Assembly (NCBI GenBank): GCA_045541535.1
Contig: JAZQJG010000098.1
Span: 26,981 to 90,980 of the forward strand
Direction: 5' to 3'
Length of the DNA stretch: 64,000 bases
From: Eubacteriales bacterium
GTDB lineage: Bacteria; Bacillota; Clostridia; Oscillospirales; QAKW01
This document shows, in pieces, positions 40,176 to 48,048 of the stretch. The notes under the pieces are model-generated. The model saw nothing but the letters and a program-made list of their open reading frames with translations, searched no databases and was not told the DNA's origin. Both the position numbers and the translations under genes were made by a program. Within the stretch, counting starts at the first letter, position 1. The number at the start of each line of letters is the position of its first letter.

Positions 40176-40964
40176 CATTTTTGAGGAAATGAGGAAAAGG
40201 ATGAGCCATAAAAGAACACATCCCGCCGTAACCCCTAAGAGTAACAGCACGTTAATTTCACTCATACCTGTCCAACTAAATCCGTCTTCCGTTTGAAGTG
40301 CAGAAAACAAATATAGAGCATCAAACACGACACCAACAACCAAAGCAAGGATGCCAATTCCCTCCAATGCAATCACCTTACCGGGCTGATGCTGTTTGTT
40401 TGCCGTGATACGCTCACCCTTAAAATTCAAAATGCGAGTTAAATACCACACTCCGGCCGCAGTAACAATAGTTTCAGGGATCATATAGGCAGCATTATAA
40501 GCAAGAGAATAAACCATACCGCCGATTTCGGGGATGGAAACGCCGGCCCACACGGTACATCCCGAGATAAAATGACACACGAAACGCAAAAAACAGCACA
40601 GCAGAACGCCGGACAACATAGACGCCGTTTGAGATTGCATTATATTTTTAAAAATTCCCGCAAGTCCCAAAACCACGAAAGCGAAAATATAGTCCAAAAA
40701 GATGATTGCGCAAACCGCCGCAAAAGATGTGCCGTAGCGCAGATTGTTCATACCAAGAAGCATTTGCAGTACGGCATAAACCAAGGCCGTCAATAGGCCC
40801 CATTTGGTGCCGCGACGGTACGCCAGTAAAAGGATCGGCAGCATTGCGCACGCAGTAACAGAACCGCCAAAGGGCATTTCTACCAACGTTACCATACTCA
40901 AAACCGTGGCAAGGGCGATCATTGCCGCGCCTTCCACAAGCGCCAGTAAATTACTTTTTTTCAT
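40161..40964 (-). CDS. thiT: Thiamine transporter ThiT-like (ECF S-component type) with a C-terminal extension
   Basis: The N-terminal two thirds resemble ThiT/YuaJ (LVEGAAMIALATVLS...). It lies immediately downstream of a TPP riboswitch. About 80 extra C-terminal residues carry two hydrophobic segments. Confidence 0.75.
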   Translation of the reverse strand: MKKSNLLALVEGAAMIALATVLSMVTLVEMPFGGSVTACAMLPILLLAYRRGTKWGLLTALVYAVLQMLLGMNNLRYGTSFAAVCAIIFLDYIFAFVVLGLAGIFKNIMQSQTASMLSGVLLCCFLRFVCHFISGCTVWAGVSIPEIGGMVYSLAYNAAYMIPETIVTAAGVWYLTRILNFKGERITANKQHQPGKVIALEGIGILALVVGVVFDALYLFSALQTEDGFSWTGMSEINVLLLLGVTAGCVLLWLILFLISSKMKSKA

Positions 40965-40980
40965 AAAAACCTCCGTATAA

Positions 40981-41016
40981 CAAAAAATCCTATGCGCCGA
41001 TAATGGCGCATAGGAT
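40981..41016 (-). terminator. Riboswitch expression-platform terminator
   Basis: 12-bp stem ATCCTATGCGCC/GGCGCATAGGAT followed by TTTTTT on the minus strand, between the TPP aptamer and the thiT RBS. Confidence 0.85.
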
Positions 41017-41027
41017 GCACGAATGGC

Positions 41028-41122
41028 TCTCTTTTTCCTACGGCGGCATTATCCGCATCAGGTCAAGGGTTTCAGCGAAATACGCTTCTCTCAGCCAAGT
41101 CAATCCTTAGCTCCCCATTCAA
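41028..41122 (-). promoter_or_regulatory. TPP (THI-box) riboswitch aptamer
   Basis: The minus strand reads GGGGAGC..GGCTGAGAG...ACCCTTGACCTGATGCGGATAATGCCGCCGTAGGAA. This matches the conserved CUGAGA and ACCUGAU..GGAUAAUGCC..CG.AGGGA cores of THI elements. Confidence 0.92.
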
Positions 41123-41155
41123 TTTTCACTAAACCGGTTTTAGCTTGAAAACATA

Positions 41156-42082
41156 TTAACACATATTCTTAAGCTTTGTCAACAAAAACTTAAAATATTC
41201 CGGCAATTCCGACTCAAAAATCATTCGTTCCCTGCTGATGGGATGCGTAAAACCTACTTTGAGCGCATGAAGGCATTGACCCTCAAAATCAAATTTTAAC
41301 TTACAGGTGCCGTTAAAGTAAAGCGGATCATTCAACACAGGATGCCCCACAGAAGCCATATGAACGCGAATTTGATGAGTCCTGCCCGTCTCCAATTTGC
41401 ACTCAATATATGAAAATCCACCAAGTTCTTCCAACACCTTATAATGCGTAATCGCAGACTTTCCGTTTTGATAATTGATCGCCATCTTTTTTCGGTCACT
41501 CGGATTGCGGCCGATGGGTGCATCAATGGTGCCCTCACTCGTTTTGAATGTACCCAATACAATTGCCCGATAACAACGATCCAGCGAGTGCTCTTTAATT
41601 TGTTCAGCTAAAAGATTGTGCGCACGATCGGTTTTTGCAACCAAAAGTAAACCACTGGTATCTTTGTCAATCCGATGCAAAATGCCCGGACGTGCCACGC
41701 CGTTGATGGAAGATAAACGATCGGCACAATGGTACAACAAAGCGTTTACTAACGTACCCGTATAATTGCCGGGTGCCGGATGGACCACCATTCCCTTCGG
41801 CTTGTTGACTATCAACATTTCATCATCTTCATACACAATGTCAATTGCAATGTTTTCAGGTAAAATGTCGGGAATCACGGGGTCCGGCAAAGAGATTTCA
41901 ATTTCATCTCCGACAGTCACTTTCATACTTTTTTTAGCCGTTTTACCGTTCAGCAATACCGCTCCCTGCTCCAACAAATTCTGCACAAAGGAACGGCTGT
42001 TTTCTTCCAGCAAAAATTGCAGGGTCTTATCAATACGAAGACCCTGCAAAGATTCAGTTATCTGAAATTTCTTGATTTCCAT
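41156..42082 (-). CDS. rluD: 23S rRNA pseudouridine synthase, RluA family (RluD-like)
   Basis: N-terminal S4 domain and catalytic HRIDKDTSGLLLVAK. The start is placed at MEIKKF (GAGGA RBS), 16 codons inside the ORF-track start, and overlaps the lspA 3' end. Confidence 0.92.
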   Translation of the reverse strand: MEIKKFQITESLQGLRIDKTLQFLLEENSRSFVQNLLEQGAVLLNGKTAKKSMKVTVGDEIEISLPDPVIPDILPENIAIDIVYEDDEMLIVNKPKGMVVHPAPGNYTGTLVNALLYHCADRLSSINGVARPGILHRIDKDTSGLLLVAKTDRAHNLLAEQIKEHSLDRCYRAIVLGTFKTSEGTIDAPIGRNPSDRKKMAINYQNGKSAITHYKVLEELGGFSYIECKLETGRTHQIRVHMASVGHPVLNDPLYFNGTCKLKFDFEGQCLHALKVGFTHPISRERMIFESELPEYFKFLLTKLKNMC

Positions 42083-42578
42083 CTGAAGATTCCTCATTGG
42101 ATTTTTCCAAAAACAGAAAATAGATGACAAATAATACCGTACCTACTGTGACGAATATATCTGCTATGTTAAACACGGCAAAATCCCAGCCAAAGAAAGT
42201 AAAAGCAAAAAAATCTACAACGTAATGTAAAAATACTCTGTCAATCAGATTTCCGATGCCGCCACCAACGATCATGGCAACTGTAACGATCCCAAAGGGA
42301 TGTTTGACCACACCGCGAAAAATTGCAAAAATTGCCAAAACAATTAAGATACAGGTAAGGGCAGCAACAAAGATCTTTGAAATGTTTCCGTTTTTGGACA
42401 ACATTCCGAAGGCGATTCCCTCATTGTGAATATGAGTAATGGAAAAGAAATCGGGTATGACGGGAATTTCGTCATACAATTTCAAATTATTGCTGATGAT
42501 AAATTTAGTAATTTGATCCAAAAGAACAATAAATGCGGCAATCAAAATCCAATAATACTTTTTTAAAAACTTTCCCAT
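42054..42578 (-). CDS. lspA: Lipoprotein signal peptidase II
   Basis: NEGIAFG, GGIGNLIDR and VVDF motifs, four TM segments. Confidence 0.93.
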   Translation of the reverse strand: MGKFLKKYYWILIAAFIVLLDQITKFIISNNLKLYDEIPVIPDFFSITHIHNEGIAFGMLSKNGNISKIFVAALTCILIVLAIFAIFRGVVKHPFGIVTVAMIVGGGIGNLIDRVFLHYVVDFFAFTFFGWDFAVFNIADIFVTVGTVLFVIYFLFLEKSNEESSDGNQEISDN

Positions 42579-43663
42579 TATTTATCTTTCTTAACGTCAA
42601 AATTTACGCCGAATTTCAGCTTTTTGCGATATCTGGGATTCTTATCCTTATCCCCGTCCTGCTCATCATCTTCATCATCTGAGATATCTTGCGGGAAGAT
42701 CAAAGAACTGCCGCCAAACAATTGAAATCCGTCGTCTTCATCATCCTCATCTTCATCGTCGTCCTCGGTGGAAAATTCAGGTGCCACAGGCTCAACGGGC
42801 GAAGATTGTGCCGACAAAACGTCGTCGATACTAATTTGTTCTTCATCAGCATCAGAAACGGACTCTTCCTTAGCGTCAGCTATCAATTCCTCTTCAGCCT
42901 CAACTACCGGCTCCTCTTCTGTTACTGCAATGGGATTATCTTCAACATTCACATTCGGCACTTCTTCTGCCGGCTCCTCAGATACGCCGGGCTCTTTTGT
43001 TTCAACCGTTTCCTGTGCGGGAGCCACAGAGATTTCTTCCTCAGTTTTAACAGGCGCAATCTCTACGTTTTGAGGTTTTTCAGGCAATTGACGAAGAAGA
43101 TCCGCCTGCTGTTCCAAAACCTGCATGGCACGTAATCTATAGGCTTCTACTTCACCGGCAAGAGCGGCAAATTCTGCCTTCTTTTCAGCAATCTTTGCCT
43201 CATATTCCTTTTTCTCTGCCTCGTAAGAGCGAACGATCTCCTGCTGTTTATCGGCGAATTCTCTGGTGGTTTTCTCCCGGAATTCAGCAACTTTGGCATC
43301 GGCCTCAGACAGCATTTGATCCGCCTGAGCTTTAGCTTGAGTGAGAATCTCCTCGGCTTGTGCCCGAGCGTTTGCTTCCGTTTCTTTACGCTTGGTTTCC
43401 ATTTCAACCAAGGCGTTTTCGTTAAGTTTTTGAGCGTTTACGATTGCAGACTTAAGAAACTTTTCGTCCTCACGATACTCCTCAATCTTACTCACGCAAA
43501 CCTTCAGTTTGCCGACAAGTTCACCGTTTTCTTTGTACAAACGGGAGTATTCCCCATAGAGTTTGTCCAGAAATGCGTCGACATCCTCCTTTTTGTACCC
43601 GCTGAAAACACTTTGTTCGAACGTTACGTTTTTGATTTCTTCCGGCTTTAACATAATTGCCAT
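42578..43663 (-). CDS. divIVA: DivIVA-domain cell-division protein with a long coiled coil and acidic tail
   Basis: N-terminus LKPEEIKNVTFEQSVFSGYKKEDVDAFLDKL (DivIVA lipid-binding domain), followed by coiled coil and a D/E-rich C-terminal third. Confidence 0.9.
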   Translation of the reverse strand: MAIMLKPEEIKNVTFEQSVFSGYKKEDVDAFLDKLYGEYSRLYKENGELVGKLKVCVSKIEEYREDEKFLKSAIVNAQKLNENALVEMETKRKETEANARAQAEEILTQAKAQADQMLSEADAKVAEFREKTTREFADKQQEIVRSYEAEKKEYEAKIAEKKAEFAALAGEVEAYRLRAMQVLEQQADLLRQLPEKPQNVEIAPVKTEEEISVAPAQETVETKEPGVSEEPAEEVPNVNVEDNPIAVTEEEPVVEAEEELIADAKEESVSDADEEQISIDDVLSAQSSPVEPVAPEFSTEDDDEDEDDEDDGFQLFGGSSLIFPQDISDDEDDEQDGDKDKNPRYRKKLKFGVNFDVKKDK

Positions 43664-43676
43664 AATTGCCTCCGAT

Positions 43677-44402
43677 TTATTGATATTGTTTAATTAATAT
43701 ATATGTTTTTCCTTTTTTGGATAATCCGTCTTCATCCAAAAATACGAATTTACCACAGCCTCTGACAACGACAGAATCACCGGGTCGCAATAACTGTGTG
43801 CTTTTTGTCACTGATTTGTGATTTATAAATACGCGTTTATCAGCAATAGAATCCTGCGCTGTCTGACGGGAAAGATGCCATACGGCGGCGATCACAACGT
43901 CAATTCTTAAGGAAGAAACCGGTAAACGCATTTCCTTAAACTGACCGGCAGGAATTTCATCCGGATCGTTAACAACGCTCCACGTTACCGAACATCTACC
44001 GATACGGTCAACACCGGATGTGATATACAGCACCATACGGTCTACGACAAAGAGATAGAATTTTCGCTGATCCTGCAAAACCAAAATGTCGCCCAAACAA
44101 CGACGCTCAATGCCGGTGGCCATAATACTGCCAAGAATATCACGATGGGAAATCTCGCCAAATTTATCCCATTTACCGCACAAAACAGAAATAGGAGCAT
44201 TTCCTTTAATCTCTTGTGCGCCAAGGCAAAGTATACGACGATCTGCCTGTGGATAACCACCCTCAAAGGAATAATACAAACCGGTTTCAGACACCGAACG
44301 CAAAGCAGCATCCGCCTCTTCCAGACTCAAAAAATCCGTATACTGCTCCTCTTCATCCATAAAGCAAGCAGCAATTTTATCTTCAATACTTGCAAGTAAC
44401 AT
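43677..44402 (-). CDS. ylmH: YlmH-like RNA-binding protein (S4 domain)
   Basis: Position between yggT and divIVA, plus a C-terminal S4-like segment (RIDVVIAAVWHLSRQTAQDSIADKRVFINH). Confidence 0.85.
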   Translation of the reverse strand: MLLASIEDKIAACFMDEEEQYTDFLSLEEADAALRSVSETGLYYSFEGGYPQADRRILCLGAQEIKGNAPISVLCGKWDKFGEISHRDILGSIMATGIERRCLGDILVLQDQRKFYLFVVDRMVLYITSGVDRIGRCSVTWSVVNDPDEIPAGQFKEMRLPVSSLRIDVVIAAVWHLSRQTAQDSIADKRVFINHKSVTKSTQLLRPGDSVVVRGCGKFVFLDEDGLSKKGKTYILIKQYQ

Positions 44403-44413
44403 ACTGCCGCTCC

Positions 44414-44653
44414 TTAGGGAAAGAGAAAGGATAACACAAGGCCCAAAACCAAAGGTGAAAGATCAATTGGACAATTGGCCAAAAATGGAATTTTTGAAAG
44501 AAGAGTGCGAATGGGATTCAAAACGGGATCGCAAATTCTACTTAAAAAAACGTAAACCTTATTAAACGGATCACGCACGATCCAGGAGAAAATGCAATAG
44601 ACAAGTAAAATCAGCCGAATGGCGTCGGCCAAAAAATACAGCAATCTGATCAT
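44414..44653 (-). CDS. yggT: YggT family membrane protein (YlmG)
   Basis: 79 aa with two TM segments and the YggT-like PxLxPIR motif (DPVLNPIRTLL). Confidence 0.88.
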   Translation of the reverse strand: MIRLLYFLADAIRLILLVYCIFSWIVRDPFNKVYVFLSRICDPVLNPIRTLLSKIPFLANCPIDLSPLVLGLVLSFLFP

Positions 44654-44656
44654 ATT

Positions 44657-45205
44657 TTAGAAAATCGCACGATCCATCTTGAGTTCGTCCAATACGTCAC
44701 CCATAATATTGACGTCATAAGGAGTAATAATAAAGGTAGCATTTGCCACGCGTTTCAAGGCGCCGCCCTGACCGTATGCTACGCCACTCAGGAAATCAAC
44801 CATACGGCGTACCGTTTCCTTATCAACGCCTTCAACGTTTAAAAGCACTGTTTTACGATTGATCAGGTGATCGGCAATTTGCGGTGATTCACTAAATTCT
44901 TCCGGTTTTACCAAAATCACCTGCAACTGTGCCGTAGCATTGATGTTCACATAACGCTCATCACGAGCAGATTTTCTCGCTTCTCTTCTGGCGTCGTTAC
45001 GAGAGTCACGACGGGGTTGCTCTCTTCTGACAGGCTCTCTGTATTCATAAGAACTGCCGGAAGGCTTGTAACTGTCTTTTTCGGCAAAAAACTGATTTCT
45101 TTGATCTTCCGGACTGTTATCCATCCCCGATTGCATCTCTTCTTCCGTTGCAAATTCATCTTCAGGGACACCCATAATTCTTTTAAGTTTAGACCACCAT
45201 TCCAT
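44657..45205 (-). CDS. sepF: Cell division protein SepF
   Basis: N-terminal amphipathic MEWWSKLKRIMG, a disordered linker, and the conserved C-terminal SepF domain (VILVKPEEFSESPQIADHL...VLLNVEG). Confidence 0.92.
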   Translation of the reverse strand: MEWWSKLKRIMGVPEDEFATEEEMQSGMDNSPEDQRNQFFAEKDSYKPSGSSYEYREPVRREQPRRDSRNDARREARKSARDERYVNINATAQLQVILVKPEEFSESPQIADHLINRKTVLLNVEGVDKETVRRMVDFLSGVAYGQGGALKRVANATFIITPYDVNIMGDVLDELKMDRAIF

Positions 45206-45219
45206 AGTGATACCTCCCG

Positions 45220-45897
45220 TTAATATTTTCTACTTCCGAATAAAGCACTGCCGATACGAACCATATTACTGCCGCATTCAACGGCAATCTCATAATCCCC
45301 CGACATGCCCATAGATAATATATAATCATTTATATTATCCATCTTTTTATCCACATTGTCAACCAGTAATTTTTTCAAAGACTCAAAATAGCCTTGCAAC
45401 GTTGACCGATCCCGACTGATCGGAGGTATGCACATCAAGCCCTTCCAGCGAATATTCGGGCAGTTTTTGATGTGAGAAAGCAGTTTCTGCAGTTCACTCG
45501 GCGCTATACCGCCCTTGCTGTCCTCTCCCCCAACGTTTACTTCCACCAAGATATCCTGTATCTTACCGATTTTTGCGGCCTGTTTTTGAATTTCATTCAC
45601 CAAACGTTCGGAATCAACCGATTGAATCAGTTCAACCTTATCAATAATGTACTTGACCTTATTGGTTTGCAGGGATCCGATCAAATGAATATGAAGTTCA
45701 TCACGCATGGCCAGTTGATCGTATTTTTGCAACAGCTCCTGCACTCGGTTTTCACCGATATACCGGATACCGCCTTCTAATATAGCAAGATTAATTCTTT
45801 CCACGGGAACAGTTTTGGTCACAGCAAGTAAAGTAACCTTGTTTTCGTCAATTTTACTTCGGATGTTTTTTAAATTCTCAAGCAAAACGTCTTGCAT
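45220..45897 (-). CDS. ylmE: YggS/YlmE family pyridoxal-phosphate homeostasis protein
   Basis: LLAVTKTVP (PLP lysine), HLIGSLQTNKVK, SMGMSGDYE motifs. Confidence 0.93.
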   Translation of the reverse strand: MQDVLLENLKNIRSKIDENKVTLLAVTKTVPVERINLAILEGGIRYIGENRVQELLQKYDQLAMRDELHIHLIGSLQTNKVKYIIDKVELIQSVDSERLVNEIQKQAAKIGKIQDILVEVNVGGEDSKGGIAPSELQKLLSHIKNCPNIRWKGLMCIPPISRDRSTLQGYFESLKKLLVDNVDKKMDNINDYILSMGMSGDYEIAVECGSNMVRIGSALFGSRKY

Positions 45898-45906
45898 AAA
45901 TGCCTC

Positions 45907-47121
45907 CTAAGACACCGTTTTTCCGTCGTATAAATTTTTACCTCCGACGATCACTTCATCAAAACCGACAACAGATCCTTCGGGGTCAAGCAATGCATAG
46001 GTTGTACCCATATACAATACGTCGGCTTTTTTGAATTTGATGATCTGACCGACTTTAACGTATACGCCGCTTTTACCATCCAGCAAACGAACACTATTTT
46101 TATCAACTCGGATACCGGCGTAGGTTTTTGTAATCACAACGCCTTCTAAAGTACGGAGAGATAAAAACTCAGAGTGCACTGCGTTGCATTGTACACCGAC
46201 CAATACGTTGTCCGCTTCATTCTTCAATGAAATAATTTCGCCACCAATACGCTCATCCGTAACCGAAGGAAATCGAAAATAAATATCGTCTCCAACTTTG
46301 TAATTCTTCACGGTGGATGCCGGAACAACGAAATAATACTGCCAATTATAATCAGATACGATTTTGCCGACGTTTTCGGTCGGTGAGACCGGATTTGTCT
46401 TCATATCCATAATCAGTTTGTTATACTGTTCAATGGAATAATCGGCAAAAATTTCAGGGGTCACAGAAGACTCATAACCGTCAACACTTCTGCTGTAAAA
46501 TCCGGAACTGTCGGCGGCCATATTTTCCACGGCGCCGCTGATAGATCCCTCAAGTTCCGAAATTTTAGCCTGTAAAGTCGCTATTTCTTGTTTGTATTCC
46601 TCATTATCTCCGGTAACAATTTCTTTAATAAAAACGTTCTTTTCAAAGGCAGATAATGCCTCCTGTGCCGCAAAGGCATCCTTACTTTGCAGGGCGCCGG
46701 CATATTCGGATAAAGATTGCTGCACACTTTGCTCATAAGCAGAATAATCACCGGAATAGGTGGTTTTTGCAGCGATAGCTGCAGTGTAACTGTCTACCTC
46801 TGCCTGCAGTACACGAATTTCTTCTCTTGCCTTAACATCCGCTTCTCTTCCGTAAATATGTGCAATGGTGCCGCCTTTGGACACTTTTTCTCCATCCTCC
46901 AGGATAATATCGTGATATCCTTCAACGTTGTCTGCCAGCGTATGCTCTGTTCTGCAAACCACGCCTCTAATTTCGAAGGTATCCTCCATGGTCGCTTCCA
47001 CGGCATATTCGGTTTTCAGTGATAAGAAAAAATAGTTATAAATCTGAAACACGAGTAAAGCCAGCACCAACAGCAGTACGCCTACGACCGTTGCGTTGAC
47101 CCATTTGCGCGATCCCTTCAT
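45907..47121 (-). CDS. HlyD-like membrane-fusion/adaptor-family protein (single TM, coiled coil, beta-barrel C-terminus)
   Basis: An N-terminal anchor, a lipoyl-like segment (GEKVSKGGTIAHIY), a long coiled coil, then a beta-rich C-terminal half. No transporter partner is adjacent. Confidence 0.65.
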   Translation of the reverse strand: MKGSRKWVNATVVGVLLLVLALLVFQIYNYFFLSLKTEYAVEATMEDTFEIRGVVCRTEHTLADNVEGYHDIILEDGEKVSKGGTIAHIYGREADVKAREEIRVLQAEVDSYTAAIAAKTTYSGDYSAYEQSVQQSLSEYAGALQSKDAFAAQEALSAFEKNVFIKEIVTGDNEEYKQEIATLQAKISELEGSISGAVENMAADSSGFYSRSVDGYESSVTPEIFADYSIEQYNKLIMDMKTNPVSPTENVGKIVSDYNWQYYFVVPASTVKNYKVGDDIYFRFPSVTDERIGGEIISLKNEADNVLVGVQCNAVHSEFLSLRTLEGVVITKTYAGIRVDKNSVRLLDGKSGVYVKVGQIIKFKKADVLYMGTTYALLDPEGSVVGFDEVIVGGKNLYDGKTVS

Positions 47122-47124
47122 TTC

Positions 47125-48048
47125 TCAGTTCCTTTCAACAATATCAATTGCCTGTTGTAGTATAGTTTCAAATTCACTTTCACGGGAAATATCAATCCAA
47201 TGAATTGCCTCGTTTCGTTTAAACCAGGTGATCTGTCGCTTTGCATAACGGCGAGAATTTTGCTTGATGGCTTCCACCGCCTCTTCCAAGGTGACCTTAC
47301 CGCCCAAATACTGCAAAATCTCTTTATATCCAATGCCTGCGGCCGCGGTTGAGTTAGAAAAGCCGGGTAAAGATTTCAAAGATAAAACCTCTTCTAACAA
47401 CCCGTTATCCATCATAAGATCCACTCTCTTATTGATACGCTCGTACAAATAATTCCGATCAATAAAATTAAGGCCGATCATAATAGCCGGCAAGGGTGAG
47501 CTGTTTACGTGACTCTGCTCTTCCCAATACAAAATGCTCTTGCCGGTCAGCAAAACAATTTCAAGGGCACGAACGATGCGTTTTTTATCGTTTACATGTA
47601 ATCGTTGGGAGGCTTTGGGGTCTAAATCACGTAAACGTTCCAACAAAACTTCGCCTGTCAACCCATTTAGCTCTTCTCTTAAATCGGCGTCGGCCGGCAT
47701 ATCGGCAAACTGTGTATCCTGAATCAAATGATCCACGTACAGTCCCGTTCCACCCGCCAAAATACAATAGCGATCACGGGCGGCTACGTCATCTACACAT
47801 TGTCTGGCCATAGTCACAAAGCGTTGAACACTACAGTTTTCCCAAGGCATCAAAACGTCTATCATATGATGCGGAACGCCCTGCATCTCCGATTTCGTCA
47901 CCTTGGCTGTTCCGACATCCATATTTTTGTATAATTGCATAGAATCAACGGAAACAATTTCTCCATCGTAATGCTTGGCCAGAGCGACCGATAAAGCAGT
48001 TTTGCCGGAAGCCGTCGGGCCGATCACTGAAATGATCTTGCTCATCAC
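47125..48048 (-). CDS. miaA: tRNA dimethylallyltransferase
   Basis: P-loop VIGPTASGKTALS and the full-length MiaA pattern. Confidence 0.96.
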   Translation of the reverse strand: MMSKIISVIGPTASGKTALSVALAKHYDGEIVSVDSMQLYKNMDVGTAKVTKSEMQGVPHHMIDVLMPWENCSVQRFVTMARQCVDDVAARDRYCILAGGTGLYVDHLIQDTQFADMPADADLREELNGLTGEVLLERLRDLDPKASQRLHVNDKKRIVRALEIVLLTGKSILYWEEQSHVNSSPLPAIMIGLNFIDRNYLYERINKRVDLMMDNGLLEEVLSLKSLPGFSNSTAAAGIGYKEILQYLGGKVTLEEAVEAIKQNSRRYAKRQITWFKRNEAIHWIDISRESEFETILQQAIDIVERN

